This document shows, one piece after another, positions 1 through 10,130 of a stretch of 64,000 nucleotides of DNA. The translations under genes were made by a program, and so were the position numbers. Numbering within the stretch: the first letter of the stretch is position 1; each line of letters begins with the position of its first letter. The stretch is taken from assembly GCA_964415055.1 (NCBI GenBank), contig CAYPZD010000008.1, positions 12,838-76,837 of the forward strand. The letters are read 5' to 3'. A model generated the notes under the pieces. The model was not told where the DNA came from. It saw only the letters and a list, made by a program, of their open reading frames with translations, and searched no databases. This DNA comes from an uncultured Verrucomicrobiota bacterium (GTDB lineage Bacteria > Verrucomicrobiota > Verrucomicrobiia > Limisphaerales > AAA164-E04).

Positions 1-711
1 TCCAAGGGCCGAATGGGCGAAGCATTAATACGTTGCGCCAAGGAACATTCGGATTTAAACGTCGTCGGCGGGATTGATATGGGAGATGAATTGACGCCCT
101 TGTTGGAGCAAGCCGACGCGGTCATCGATTTCAGTTTTCACGAAGTAACACGAACATTCGCAGAACAATGCGCTGAGGCAGGCAAAGCCATTATCATCGG
201 TACAACAGGCCATACCGAGACCGATCGCGCCGCCATCCAGGAACTGGCCACACGGATTCCGATGGTATGGGCCTCGAATTACTCCACGGGTGTCAACACC
301 CTGTTCTGGTTGACACGCAAGGCAACTGAAATCCTCGGGACGGATTTTGACCTCGAGGTCATCGAAATGCATCACCGAATGAAGCGTGATGCGCCCAGCG
401 GCACCGCAGCTACTCTTGCGGAAATTCTCGCCGAGGTTCGACAGGCACAGTTAAGCGAAGTCATTCGGCACGGTCGTGAGGGCATTGTCGGTGCCCGTAC
501 CAAAGAAGAAATCGGCATGCATTCCTTGCGTGGGGGAGATGTTGTGGGGGATCATACGGTTGTATTTGCCACTCAAGGCGAACGTGTGGAATTGACCCAT
601 AAAGCATCCAGTCGGGACACCTTTGCCAATGGCGCACTCAGAGCTGCCGGTTGGGCGGTGAAACAACAACCCGGTTTATATTCCATGCAGGATGTATTAG
701 GATTAAGTTAG
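1..711 (+). CDS. dapB: 4-hydroxy-tetrahydrodipicolinate reductase (5' end outside window)
   Basis: The frame is open from nt 1 (SKGRMGEALI...) and the first listed Met is at 13. DapB core blocks are present: IIGTTGHT, NYSTGVN, IEMHHRMKRDAPSGTA, THKASSRDTFANGALRAA. Stop TAG is at 709-711. Confidence 0.9.
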   Translation, partial: SKGRMGEALIRCAKEHSDLNVVGGIDMGDELTPLLEQADAVIDFSFHEVTRTFAEQCAEAGKAIIIGTTGHTETDRAAIQELATRIPMVWASNYSTGVNTLFWLTRKATEILGTDFDLEVIEMHHRMKRDAPSGTAATLAEILAEVRQAQLSEVIRHGREGIVGARTKEEIGMHSLRGGDVVGDHTVVFATQGERVELTHKASSRDTFANGALRAAGWAVKQQPGLYSMQDVLGLS

Positions 712-712
712 C

Positions 713-1237
713 GTGGGTGATCCGCATATAAAAAACAGCGGCTCCACAATCCCTGTATTGATCGCCATTGGGGCCAACCTGGGGAATCCGGAAAAAAAGG
801 TTCGGGAAGCCATACAGAAACTGTGTGATCTGAGCCGCAACAAACCCAAGCATTCTTCTTTGTGGCAGACCGCTCCGGTCCATTGCCCGGAGGGTTCGCC
901 AAGTTACATCAATGCTGCGGTATCCATCACGGTCAAAGAAGGCACACTGCCCGAGTCATTTTTCGAACGTCTATTGGAACTTGAAGCAAGTCTCGGGAGA
1001 ACGAGATCAGGCATCATGAATGAAGCGAGAGTGATCGATCTCGACCTCATCTGCTTTGGCTCGATCATTCGTCGCGAAAAATATCTGACTCTCCCACACC
1101 CCCGGGCACATCTTAGAAGTTTTGTCTTGGCTCCTTTGACTGAAATTGAACCAGACTTCATTTTTCCTGGATTGGAAAAAACGGTGACAGAACTGTTGGA
1201 ATCCCTGCCATGCCCAACGGAATCGAGTCGGCTTTAA
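713..1237 (+). CDS. folK: 2-amino-4-hydroxy-6-hydroxymethyldihydropteridine diphosphokinase (HPPK)
   Basis: 174-aa ORF with a GTG start 1 nt after the dapB stop. HPPK blocks: VLIAIGANLG, WQTAPV, RVIDLDLI, LTLPHPRAHLRSFVLAPL. Confidence 0.85.
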   Translation: MGDPHIKNSGSTIPVLIAIGANLGNPEKKVREAIQKLCDLSRNKPKHSSLWQTAPVHCPEGSPSYINAAVSITVKEGTLPESFFERLLELEASLGRTRSGIMNEARVIDLDLICFGSIIRREKYLTLPHPRAHLRSFVLAPLTEIEPDFIFPGLEKTVTELLESLPCPTESSRL

Positions 1238-1299
1238 AATATCTGCGTCAATGATTCCACATGTGCGGAATTAAACCACTTGCCGAAAATCTCTGAGAT

Positions 1300-2418
1300 C
1301 TATTTCAATCCCTGAAACCGATCGTCCCTGGCAAGCAATTGCACCAATTGCTTGATCTGTTGATCGTGGGATTTGGCGGCAATCATACAGGCGTCATCCG
1401 TCTGGACCACGATACAGTCCTTGATCCCAATCAAAGCAATGGGGCTCCCCTGCTTTCTTCGAGCATCGAAGATAATGTTTCCGGAAGAATCCAATTGCAC
1501 CAGTTCGCCCCGGCAACAGTTTTGATGGCTGTCAGATTTCATATGCCGTTCCAAAGCCGTCCAGGACCCCAGATCATCCCAATCGAAACCGCCATCAGCC
1601 ATCACGACATGACTGGCCTTTTCCATGAGCGCAAAATCGATCGAGATCCGCTCGATGTTGGGGTAATCCTTCTTCAGGGCACGACTCAAAGCGGTGGGGC
1701 GTTTTGCCAGCTCGGTCCACTTTGAACAGGCATCAGCCATTTGAGGTTGATGCTCCTTCAGGGCTTTTAAAAACGTCTCAACCGACCAAACGAACATACC
1801 GGCGTTCCAACGATATTCACCCGATTTTAGAAATCGTTTGGCTTTCGTCAGGTTCGGTTTTTCAACAAATTGACGTACTTTCCAAAATGCCGTCCTGCCC
1901 TTCGCTCTCCCAAAATCCGTGCTTAGCTCCGGTCCGGTCCGGATGTAACCATACCCGGTCGCAGGTTCGGTGGGACGAATGCCGATCGTTACCAACACGT
2001 CACTGCTCGATGCCATTTGAAAGCAATCGGTCATGACACGCTGAAACTTTTTTTGATCTTGAATCAAGTGATCAGCAGGCAACACCGCCATGGTGGATTT
2101 CGGGTTTCGCTGCGCCACCAAAGCCGCTCCCAATGCAATGGCCGCACAGGTATCCCGACCACACGGCTCGGCAATGACATTCTGTGCCGGCAAGGTGGGC
2201 AGTTGTTTTTTGACTTCGGTGGTTTGAGCCTGATTGGTAATGATCAGGATGTTTTCCAACGGCACGACCTCCAGCACTCGATCGACTGTTTGCTGTAGAA
2301 AGGATTGATCCCCCAGCAAACGGATGAGTTGTTTGGGCGTTTTTTCCCGGCTGACAGGCCAGAATCGTTCCCCACGTCCCCCTGCCATGATAAGAATGTA
2401 ACGGTCACTTTTTTTCAT
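1300..2418 (-). CDS. mannose-1-phosphate guanylyltransferase-like sugar nucleotidyltransferase
   Basis: 372-aa ORF with the N-terminal nucleotidyltransferase loop MAGGRGERFWPVSR and overall GDP-mannose pyrophosphorylase-like sequence. No C-terminal isomerase/cupin domain is evident. Confidence 0.8.
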   Translation of the reverse strand: MKKSDRYILIMAGGRGERFWPVSREKTPKQLIRLLGDQSFLQQTVDRVLEVVPLENILIITNQAQTTEVKKQLPTLPAQNVIAEPCGRDTCAAIALGAALVAQRNPKSTMAVLPADHLIQDQKKFQRVMTDCFQMASSSDVLVTIGIRPTEPATGYGYIRTGPELSTDFGRAKGRTAFWKVRQFVEKPNLTKAKRFLKSGEYRWNAGMFVWSVETFLKALKEHQPQMADACSKWTELAKRPTALSRALKKDYPNIERISIDFALMEKASHVVMADGGFDWDDLGSWTALERHMKSDSHQNCCRGELVQLDSSGNIIFDARRKQGSPIALIGIKDCIVVQTDDACMIAAKSHDQQIKQLVQLLARDDRFQGLK

Positions 2419-2438
2419 GTTTCACCCAAGTCGGCTAA

Positions 2439-3233
2439 TCACTTGATGGCTTTGGATAAGGATTCAACAAATCCAGCGACGTGAGGAACAAGTGAATCGG
2501 ACTTGCCCTGTTCGGCGATCTTATTCACAACAGCGCTACCAACAACGATCGCGTCCCCATAAGTCGCCACCTGCTGTGCCTGCTCCGGATTGGAAATCCC
2601 AAACCCAATCGCAATGGGAAGATCTGTGCGTTTGCGAATGCTGCCTGTCATATCTGAAATGGTCGAAGAGATGCTGGACTGCATCCCGGTCACACCTTCT
2701 CGTGACACATAGTAGATAAACCCTTTGCCGTGCTCGACAATGGATTGAATTCTTTCATCGGGAGTGGTCGGAGCGATTAAAAAGACCGGACACAACCCGG
2801 CATCCTGCATGAGTTGGCTGTAGTCCTCCGATTCTTCGGGTGGTAGATCAAGAATCAGAATCCCATCCGCTCCGGCATCCGCACTGTCCTTGATAAATCG
2901 CTCAAGTCCATATCGGTGGAGCAAATTATAGTAAACAAAAAAGACGATGGGAATTTGGGAATCCTTTCGGATGGATCTAACCGTATCCAAAAGGCCCGCT
3001 GGTGTTGTTCCGGAATCCAATCCACGCTGCGCGGCCAATTGATTGACCAGCCCATCGGCCAGAGGATCACTGAAGGGGATCCCCAGTTCCAGCACATCCG
3101 CCCCGGCCTTGTCGAAGGCGAGAGCCAGTTCGCGGGTTGCCTCCAAATCCGGATCCCCGGCGCCAATGTAGACCACCAGCCCCTTCTTCTCCTGGCGCTT
3201 CAGATCGGCAAAACGTTCCTCAATACGATTCAT
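2439..3233 (-). CDS. trpA: tryptophan synthase alpha chain
   Basis: 264-aa ORF with TrpA blocks: LELGIPFSDPLADG, FFVYYN, GFIYYVSREGVTG, GFGIS. Confidence 0.9.
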   Translation of the reverse strand: MNRIEERFADLKRQEKKGLVVYIGAGDPDLEATRELALAFDKAGADVLELGIPFSDPLADGLVNQLAAQRGLDSGTTPAGLLDTVRSIRKDSQIPIVFFVYYNLLHRYGLERFIKDSADAGADGILILDLPPEESEDYSQLMQDAGLCPVFLIAPTTPDERIQSIVEHGKGFIYYVSREGVTGMQSSISSTISDMTGSIRKRTDLPIAIGFGISNPEQAQQVATYGDAIVVGSAVVNKIAEQGKSDSLVPHVAGFVESLSKAIK

Positions 3234-3358
3234 GGTTCAAATAGTTGGGTTTCCCCCAAAAGGTTTCAAGTGTTAATCAAAAACACGGGGAAGAGAAAAA
3301 CAATCCAACTTCCCATATCCAGCCGACAAACGGCCCATTTTTTCTGGATATACATCAA

Positions 3359-3389
3359 GAAAGCGGTTCCAATTGAAGGAACCGCTTTC
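3359..3389 (-). terminator. candidate intrinsic terminator downstream of the Gfo/Idh/MocA gene
   Basis: Perfect 12-bp stem GAAAGCGGTTCC / GGAACCGCTTTC with a 7-nt loop, 27 nt past the stop at 3416. On the minus strand it is followed by a T-containing tail (TTGATGTAT), not a clean U-tract. Confidence 0.4.
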
Positions 3390-3415
3390 CAATCACGAAT
3401 TCATCGCTAAAAAGC

Positions 3416-4579
3416 CTACACCTTGACCCACTGACGGGATTCGGCTGATTCTTCGACGGCTTCCATGACGCGTTGATTGCGCATGCCGTCTTCGAATGTC
3501 GGTTGAACTGCGTTACCATCAACAACCGCATTGACAAAATCTGCCAATGTGTGAACGAAGGTATGTTCGTATCCCAGGATGTGCCCCGGAGGCCACCACT
3601 GACCGACAAAAGGATGGTCTCCGCCTGGTTGAGTGACAAGTATGTCACTGAAACCCTGACGATCGCTGGAAACAGTGTTATCAAACCATTTGAGTCGGTT
3701 CATATCTTCGAAATCGAAGTAGAGGGATCCTTTGGAACCGTTGATTTCAATAACAATGTTGTTTTTGCGTCCCAAAGCAAAACGGGTGGCTTCCAAGTTG
3801 GCCACCGCACCATTCTGGAATTTGCCGATGAACAGTGCTGCGTCATCCACGGTGACTTCGCCCATGGTTTTGCCGCCGGCACCGCCCAAGCCATCGCCTT
3901 TGCCGGAGGAGTCTTCGATAGGGCGTTGTTTGATGAATGTGTTCATCATGCCGCAAACCTCATCAAATTCACCCACCAGGTAGCGTCCAAGATCAATAAT
4001 GTGCGCGTTGATGTCACCGTGAGCACCGCTGCCACTGATGCCCTTCTGCAGGCGCCAGACCAGCGGGAATTCCGGATCAACGATCCAGTCCTGAGCATAC
4101 CTTGCGCGGTAATGGTAAATATCACCGATGGCGCCCTCTTCAATCATTTTCTTGGCGTGCGCAATGGCCGGGATACGACGGTAATTGTGACAGACCATGT
4201 GGACGATGCCAGCCTCTTTGGCTGCATCCACCATTTCCTGACACTGGGCAACGGTCATTCCAAGGGGTTTTTCGCACAGCACATGCTTGCCGGCTTTGGC
4301 GGCGGCAATGGAAATTTCAGCGTGGGAATCGTTGGGGGTATTGATGTCAATAATGTCGATCTCAGGGTTGTTAATCACTTCCTCCCAACTGGTTGAAATA
4401 TTGTTCCAACCAAGCTCTTTAGCCGATGCCTCCAGAGCTTCTTTGTTGCGACCACAGATGGTGTGCATTTCAATGTCGGCTTTCAACGGAAAGAAATGAG
4501 GTGCCTGTCTCCAACCATTGGAGTGAGCTTTCCCCATGAACCGGTAGCCGATCATGCCAACTTTAAGTGTTTTGGACAT
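3416..4579 (-). CDS. Gfo/Idh/MocA family NAD(P)-dependent oxidoreductase
   Basis: 387-aa ORF with the N-terminal Rossmann motif KVGMIGYRFMGKAHS and the EKP motif (VLCEKPL) typical of this family. Confidence 0.8.
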   Translation of the reverse strand: MSKTLKVGMIGYRFMGKAHSNGWRQAPHFFPLKADIEMHTICGRNKEALEASAKELGWNNISTSWEEVINNPEIDIIDINTPNDSHAEISIAAAKAGKHVLCEKPLGMTVAQCQEMVDAAKEAGIVHMVCHNYRRIPAIAHAKKMIEEGAIGDIYHYRARYAQDWIVDPEFPLVWRLQKGISGSGAHGDINAHIIDLGRYLVGEFDEVCGMMNTFIKQRPIEDSSGKGDGLGGAGGKTMGEVTVDDAALFIGKFQNGAVANLEATRFALGRKNNIVIEINGSKGSLYFDFEDMNRLKWFDNTVSSDRQGFSDILVTQPGGDHPFVGQWWPPGHILGYEHTFVHTLADFVNAVVDGNAVQPTFEDGMRNQRVMEAVEESAESRQWVKV

Positions 4580-4676
4580 AATTCCTTGCTTACGCTTCTA
4601 AAGTTTAAATGTTGATTCGGTCAATCCGTGCTTTATAAAGACCTCGCGGAAGCAAGTCAACGCGTGACTTGAAGTT

Positions 4677-5051
4677 ATGTGGATACAGATCTTAAAATCG
4701 AAATTACACCTTGCCACGGTGACCGAGGCATGTGTGGACTACGAAGGCAGCATGACCATCTCACAGGACCTCATGGATCTGTGCGGCATACTCCCGTATG
4801 AAAAAGTGTTGTGCGGTAACATGGCGAATGGCAGCCGTTTTGAAACGTATGCCATTCCGGGTGAGTCAGGAAAAGGGGAAATCATCCTCAACGGCGCCAC
4901 CGCGCATTTGGGAAACGTCGGGGACCGGCTCACCATCATGACTTTTGCCAACATGGCCCAGGAGGAAGCCAGGATTTGGACACCAAAAGTCCTGGTGCTG
5001 AACACAACAAATCAAATCATCAAGCGACGCGGAATCAACGAACCGGATTAA
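4677..5051 (+). CDS. panD: aspartate 1-decarboxylase
   Basis: 124-aa ORF colinear with PanD. It has the self-processing YEGS site (Gly-Ser cleavage to pyruvoyl) and the blocks [10 protein letters not shown] and NGATAH. Confidence 0.92.
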   Translation: MWIQILKSKLHLATVTEACVDYEGSMTISQDLMDLCGILPYEKVLCGNMANGSRFETYAIPGESGKGEIILNGATAHLGNVGDRLTIMTFANMAQEEARIWTPKVLVLNTTNQIIKRRGINEPD

Positions 5052-5130
5052 CCTGTTTGAAAGTGTCCGCATCCGGGGTTTCGTAAAATACGATCCCATT
5101 CAGAAGAGGCAAACCACAAGCAACCAAACC

Positions 5131-6141
5131 ATGCCAACACACAACACACAACAAATCGCGGACCACGTAGGCGGTGTTTTATCAGGCAATCCAGATATTG
5201 AAATCGTCGGAATTGCTCCGGCAGACACAGCGCAGGAAGGATTTTTAACATTCGCCGAAAACGAGCGATACCTGGAAGCGGCCCTGAACAGCAAGGCCTC
5301 CGCCATACTGATTCCAAAAGGAGAAGTCAAAACGGACAAAACTGTTATCCAGATTGACAACGTCCGTGTTGGTTTCGCCAAAGTATTGACCTTGCTGTAT
5401 CCCGACAATAAGCCCAAACCGGGCATTCACCCGACAGCAGTGGTCTCTTCATCCGCGACAGTTGCAGAATCCGCCCACATCGGCCCCAACTGCATCATTG
5501 AAGCCGGTGCAGTCATTGGCGAAGGTGCCGTTCTGAGCGGACACGTTTATGTTGGCACACACGCCAGCATTGGGGATGAATCCGCTATTTTCCCCCAGGT
5601 AACCCTTTATCCCTCCACCAAAATAGGCAAGCGTGTCCGGATTCACGCCGGAGCTGTGATCGGTTCGGACGGATATGGATATGTCCTGGACCAGGGTTTT
5701 CATCGAAAAATACCCCAAATAGGTAATGTCGTGATAGAAGACGATGTGGAAATCGGAGCCAACACGACCATTGACTGCGGAGCATTAGGATCAACTCGAA
5801 TCGGGAAAGGTACCAAAATCGATAACCTCGTCCAGCTCGGCCACAATGTTCAAGTGGGGGAACATTCCATCATCATTGCCCAAACAGGGATTGCCGGCAG
5901 TTCCAAGGTAGGCAACTATGTCATCTTGGCTGGACAAACAGGGATTGCCGGGCACATCAGTATTGGAGACAAAGTCGTCGTTGCGGCTCAGTCGGGCGTG
6001 ATGCATTCTATTCCAGAAGGCGAAAAATGGATGGGCTCCCCTGCTCAACCGGACAAACAGGCAAAACGTCAGTTGATCTCTATCCAGCAGCTCCCGAATT
6101 TTCTGAGACGTATTAAGAAATTCCTGAAAATGAACGAATAG
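5131..6141 (+). CDS. lpxD: UDP-3-O-acylglucosamine N-acyltransferase
   Basis: 336-aa ORF with an LpxD-type N-terminal domain followed by long left-handed beta-helix hexapeptide repeats (IGxxxxI/V pattern through residues 100-290). Confidence 0.9.
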   Translation: MPTHNTQQIADHVGGVLSGNPDIEIVGIAPADTAQEGFLTFAENERYLEAALNSKASAILIPKGEVKTDKTVIQIDNVRVGFAKVLTLLYPDNKPKPGIHPTAVVSSSATVAESAHIGPNCIIEAGAVIGEGAVLSGHVYVGTHASIGDESAIFPQVTLYPSTKIGKRVRIHAGAVIGSDGYGYVLDQGFHRKIPQIGNVVIEDDVEIGANTTIDCGALGSTRIGKGTKIDNLVQLGHNVQVGEHSIIIAQTGIAGSSKVGNYVILAGQTGIAGHISIGDKVVVAAQSGVMHSIPEGEKWMGSPAQPDKQAKRQLISIQQLPNFLRRIKKFLKMNE

Positions 6142-6153
6142 CCATCAACTTCC

Positions 6154-6624
6154 ATGGTTAAAAAAATCGATACGACTCTTATCGACAGTTGCCTGAAAGA
6201 TGCAAGGCGGTCTCCAAGAAGGCGAAGTCACTTCAACCTTCATGAAACCCTGGAAGCTCCTGTCCAACGCCTCTGTATTGCCCTGACGGAAGGCACCTAT
6301 GTCCGTCCCCATCGACACCCTCAACCAAACAAATGGGAGCTTTTGATTGCTGTAAGTGGAACCAGCTGTCTGGTAACGTTTGATGACGAAGGCAATGTGA
6401 AGGACCATTTCACAATCGATCCATCCGGCCCCCTCACAGCGGTTGAGCTGCCCCCAAACACATGGCATACCTTGTTTCCAAAGAAACAGGAAAGTGTCGT
6501 CCTCGAAATCAAGGAAGGCCCCTATACCCCCAACAAACCGGAGTATTTTGCGGATTGGGCTCCTGAAGAAGGATCCGAACAAGCCAACACCTACCTCCAG
6601 GACCTACAAAAACGTTTACCTTAA
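6154..6624 (+). CDS. WbuC-like cupin-fold metalloprotein
   Basis: 156-aa ORF. The blocks RRSPRRRSHFNLHE and YVRPHRHP...WHT match the WbuC cupin family from memory. It lies 12 nt after lpxD. Confidence 0.6.
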   Translation: MVKKIDTTLIDSCLKDARRSPRRRSHFNLHETLEAPVQRLCIALTEGTYVRPHRHPQPNKWELLIAVSGTSCLVTFDDEGNVKDHFTIDPSGPLTAVELPPNTWHTLFPKKQESVVLEIKEGPYTPNKPEYFADWAPEEGSEQANTYLQDLQKRLP

Positions 6625-6860
6625 GCCTAAAAGAAGTGGGCAACCCTGTTAGTGACGCAAGCAGGTAATGCGCGCCTGCATCCCCAAGATTCTTTCGAGC
6701 CCGGATTTGACACACCCATGGTCTGCTGGTAACAAATTTGGGGTCTTGATTGTGAGCTCTTATCCCATGCGGAAATTCGAGCAACACGGGCAAGGACGGA
6801 ATCATTGACAGTCGAATGATGAGAACCATCCAAGGAAGGAACACCGGGGAAACAGAACCC

Positions 6861-7358
6861 ATGTATGCGGACACCGATACATTGTGGTTTGTTGCGCATA
6901 CGCGCCCCCGATGTGAGAAAAAACTGCAACACTATTTGGACCGGGAGTCCTTGCAGCATGTTCTTCCGACCATCAAGACCGTCCACAAATACAAAGGCAA
7001 AACGGTTTCATTCGATAAACCTTTGTTCCCGGGATACATATTCCTGAACATCCACCCGCTCAAGCGGCAAAAAGTTTACCAAAGCGACTATGTAGCCAAC
7101 CTGTTGGACGTGCCCGATCAGGAAGAGTTTTACCAACAACTCGGGGATATTCTGGAAGCCGTTGAATCAGGCTACGATATCCAGCTGGCCCCGGAAATTG
7201 GCATTGGCAAAAGGGTAATGATTCGTTCCGGCCCCATGCGAGGCATCGAAGGATGGGTGGAAAACCGCTATGGAGTCAGCACCGTCCTTCTCAGGCTGGA
7301 TTTCATCGGGCAAGCTGCGGCCATGAAAATGGATGCGGACATTCTCGAGCTGGTTTGA
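6861..7358 (+). CDS. NusG-family transcription antiterminator paralog (RfaH/UpxY-like)
   Basis: NGN domain start WFVAHTRPRCEKK, PLFPGYIFL, and a C-terminal KOW-like block GKRVMIRSGPMRGIEGWV. The start is placed at ATG 6861 (MYADTDTLWF); the listed ORF begins at 6816. Confidence 0.7.
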   Translation: MYADTDTLWFVAHTRPRCEKKLQHYLDRESLQHVLPTIKTVHKYKGKTVSFDKPLFPGYIFLNIHPLKRQKVYQSDYVANLLDVPDQEEFYQQLGDILEAVESGYDIQLAPEIGIGKRVMIRSGPMRGIEGWVENRYGVSTVLLRLDFIGQAAAMKMDADILELV

Positions 7359-7372
7359 GTTCCTTGCCCACC

Positions 7373-7879
7373 ATGCAGATTTCCACATTGATCTATTGTT
7401 TCGATCCCGACGATCGAGTCCTGCTGATCCAACGCAACAAATCGCCCAACCAGGGCCTTTGGAGTCCCCCCGGGGGCAAACTCATCCAAAACAAAGGTGA
7501 GTCCCCACACCAATGCGCCGCTCGCGAGTCCAGGGAAGAACTCGGACTGGAAGCTCAACCTGAAGACTTCCACCTCACCGGGGTGGTCAGTGAAACGGCT
7601 TATGAAGGCAAGGACCATTGGCTGATGTTTCTATTCGAGTATCGACATCCCATGTCCTATTGCCCTCCGCCACATCCGGAAGGTTCTTTTGAATTTTACT
7701 CAAGACCGGCTTTGGAGCATCTCGACTTGCCTGCTACCGACAAGGCATTCATCTGGCCCATGTTCTGGAAATACCGAAACCAATTTTTCACCATCCACTG
7801 CCATTGCAGCTCCTCGGGCGCATTTGACTGGCAATTGCTCCAGGGTGGATCATTCAATACGAAAGAATCCCATGATTGA
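7373..7879 (+). CDS. NUDIX hydrolase
   Basis: Nudix box GGKLIQNKGESPHQCAARESREELGL. ATG 7373 lies 15 nt after the NusG-paralog stop. The 7253-7372 part of the listed ORF overlaps the preceding gene and is discounted. Confidence 0.8.
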   Translation: MQISTLIYCFDPDDRVLLIQRNKSPNQGLWSPPGGKLIQNKGESPHQCAARESREELGLEAQPEDFHLTGVVSETAYEGKDHWLMFLFEYRHPMSYCPPPHPEGSFEFYSRPALEHLDLPATDKAFIWPMFWKYRNQFFTIHCHCSSSGAFDWQLLQGGSFNTKESHD

Positions 7880-8348
7880 CCGACAAAGTGACGACTTTTT
7901 CATGAATGAAGCTCTCCGGCTGGCCCGACGTGCTTATACTGCTGATGAGGTGCCCGTGGGAGCCATCATCGTCCATGAAGGAACCATTATCGCACGAGCC
8001 TTTAATCAGGTTGAGCTACTCAAGGACGCGACTGCCCACGCGGAAATGCTGGCGTTGACCCAGGCACAAGCTGCCATAGGGGATTGGCGTTTGAACGGTT
8101 GTTCTCTGTTTGTCACCAAGGAACCCTGCCCTATGTGCGCGGGCGCGATCGTACACACACGCATCAAACGCGTCATATTCGGTCTGGCGGACCCCAAAGC
8201 CGGAGGAGCTGGATCCGCTTTAAACATCCTGCAATTCCCAACCCTGAATCATCATTGCAATATCAGCAGCGGAGTCATGGAACAGGAATGCCGATCATTG
8301 ATTCAAACATTCTTCGCCCAAAAACGTGCTTCAAAGCAAAACAACTGA
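7872..8348 (+). CDS. tadA: tRNA adenosine(34) deaminase
   Basis: Deaminase zinc motifs HAEMLAL and PCPMCAGAI. ATG 7872 overlaps the NUDIX stop by 8 nt (ATGATTGA). Confidence 0.9.
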   Translation: MIDRQSDDFFMNEALRLARRAYTADEVPVGAIIVHEGTIIARAFNQVELLKDATAHAEMLALTQAQAAIGDWRLNGCSLFVTKEPCPMCAGAIVHTRIKRVIFGLADPKAGGAGSALNILQFPTLNHHCNISSGVMEQECRSLIQTFFAQKRASKQNN

Positions 8349-8513
8349 ACCCGATCTGCGCAATGGATCGACAGACTTGTTTTCAAAGGTTGGCAAGAGC
8401 TTATGCAGCACGTGAAGTAGACATAATGTTCAGATTGTCTGCTTAAGACTGAGAACTCACCCCGTCCCTGCTTTACCAAACGTCAAATCGTTCGTTTACG
8501 CATCTGTCATCCG

Positions 8514-8822
8514 TCAGCTCACCATCAACAAGGAGACGCGGATATTTTCCTCAGTCCGTGTGACACCGTTTGCCTGCGGATCCAGAACGGGCTCACCGTC
8601 CACCAGGAACAGATAACGATGCTGACCTGATGTCAAGGGGAGTTGAAGGTACCAGGCGCCATCAGGCATTCGCTGCATGGGATGATCGGCTCCATCCCAA
8701 TGGTTGAAATCTCCAATCACCTGGACAGATTTGGCCTTGGGCGCGAAGTAAGAAAAGTTGATCGGCACAACGGTGCGTTTTGCCGAGTAACGATGCACGG
8801 ATTCTGGTGAATGTTCTCTCAT
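8514..8822 (-). CDS. stand-alone CBM48 / early-set glycogen-binding domain protein
   Basis: Residues PINFSYFAPKAKSVQVIGDFNHWDG...GQHRYLFLVDGEPVLDP match the AMPK-beta/isoamylase N-terminal fold. The start is placed at ATG 8822 (MREHS); the longer listed ORF (to 9128) would run over the divergent aminotransferase start. Confidence 0.6.
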   Translation of the reverse strand: MREHSPESVHRYSAKRTVVPINFSYFAPKAKSVQVIGDFNHWDGADHPMQRMPDGAWYLQLPLTSGQHRYLFLVDGEPVLDPQANGVTRTEENIRVSLLMVS

Positions 8823-8996
8823 AAAATCAATATTCCTTCTTTTGTTCCCTGTACAAGAGGAATCAACCCACGCCCGCATTCCCTGCGAACGGGACAAACG
8901 CCGAAAAAGAAAGCAGATGTCGTACCCGGCATCAAGGATCTTCCGAAGTTTTTTTACAACATTGCCAATCCAGCCGTTTCCCCTTAGAAAAGCGGC

Positions 8997-10115
8997 ATGC
9001 AAGCATTCGATACATTCAATCCGCCAACACGTCTTTTGATGGGCCCCGGCCCAAGCAATGCCGCTCCCACTGTGCTCACCGCCATGGCCAATCCCCTGCT
9101 CGGTCATCTGGATCCATCCTTCATACAAATGATGGAAGAGATCAAATCCATGCTGCGATCAGTGTTTCAAACAAAAAATGAAATGACTTTTCCAGTCAGT
9201 GGCACTGGTAGTGCGGGGATGGAATTTTGTTTTGTCAACCTGATCGAGCCTGGCGACGAAGTGGTTATTTGCATCAACGGCGTTTTCGGCATGCGCATGG
9301 CAGACCTTGCCGAACGATGCGGCGCAAAGGTCATCAAAGTGGAAGCGCCCTGGGGAGAAATCATTCGCCCGGAGCAAGTGAAGGAAGCCGTTGCAGGATG
9401 TTCTCCCAAACTGGTTGCACTGGTGCATGCAGAAACATCCACAGGCGCTCTGACACCCGTGGAAACCATTTCGCAAATCGCCCATGAAGCCGGTGCACTG
9501 ATGCTTCTGGACACGGTTACTTCCCTGGGAGGATGTGAGGTGAACATTGACGGTTGGAATATCGACGCTGTGTATTCAGGCACTCAAAAGTGCCTGAGCT
9601 GCCCTCCGGGATTGGCCCCTGTTTCACTCAGTCCCAAGGCCCTTGAGACGGCTCAGAACAGAAAAACAAAAGTTCAGAGCTGGTATCTGGATGTCAATAT
9701 GCTGTCCGGGTACTGGGGCAGCGAACGCGTCTACCATCACACCGCCCCCATATCCATGAACTACGCCCTGCACGAAGCACTCCGCCTGATCCTGGAAGAA
9801 GGTCTTCAAGCCCGATGGGAACGACACCATCAAAACCACCTGCGACTGGTGGAAGGCCTGAAGTCTCTTGATCTGGGCATTGCCTCGCAAGAAGGCCACC
9901 AGCTCTGGCAGTTGAATGCCGTAACAGTTCCCGAAGGTGTCGATGAGGCCACCGTCCGACAGCGTCTTCTTGCGGACTACCAAATTGAAGTCGGCGCTGG
10001 ACTGGGCCCCATGAAAGGAAAGATCTGGCGAGTCGGCTTGATGGGTGAATCATCACAGGCCAAATATGTGGATCGTTTCCTCGAGGCCATGACCACGATC
10101 CTTAAGGGATCTTGA
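8997..10115 (+). CDS. class V aminotransferase (alanine-glyoxylate / serine-pyruvate type)
   Basis: 372-aa ORF with LLMGPGPSN at the N-terminus and the PLP-lysine block YSGTQKCLSCPPGLAP. Confidence 0.8.
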   Translation: MQAFDTFNPPTRLLMGPGPSNAAPTVLTAMANPLLGHLDPSFIQMMEEIKSMLRSVFQTKNEMTFPVSGTGSAGMEFCFVNLIEPGDEVVICINGVFGMRMADLAERCGAKVIKVEAPWGEIIRPEQVKEAVAGCSPKLVALVHAETSTGALTPVETISQIAHEAGALMLLDTVTSLGGCEVNIDGWNIDAVYSGTQKCLSCPPGLAPVSLSPKALETAQNRKTKVQSWYLDVNMLSGYWGSERVYHHTAPISMNYALHEALRLILEEGLQARWERHHQNHLRLVEGLKSLDLGIASQEGHQLWQLNAVTVPEGVDEATVRQRLLADYQIEVGAGLGPMKGKIWRVGLMGESSQAKYVDRFLEAMTTILKGS

Positions 10116-10130
10116 TTGATGTGAGGCGTT

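Noticed and set aside
1251-1266. CACATGTG palindrome in the convergent folK/nucleotidyltransferase spacer.
   Set aside because: It is only 8 bp, has no flanking stem extension or T-tract, and is likely chance.
7253-7372. Upstream extensions of listed ORFs (7253-7372 for NUDIX, 7689-7871 for tadA, 15275-15382, 23819-23992, 61232-61375, 34422-34508).
   Set aside because: These extensions overlap the 3' ends of the preceding genes in another frame. Internal Mets placed just after the upstream stop give proteins with normal family N-termini.
8823-9128. N-terminal 102 codons of the listed 204-aa ORF (8514-9128, minus strand).
   Set aside because: The extension has no recognisable features and overlaps the start of the divergent aminotransferase gene (8997). 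The CBM48 domain begins right after the internal Met at 8822.
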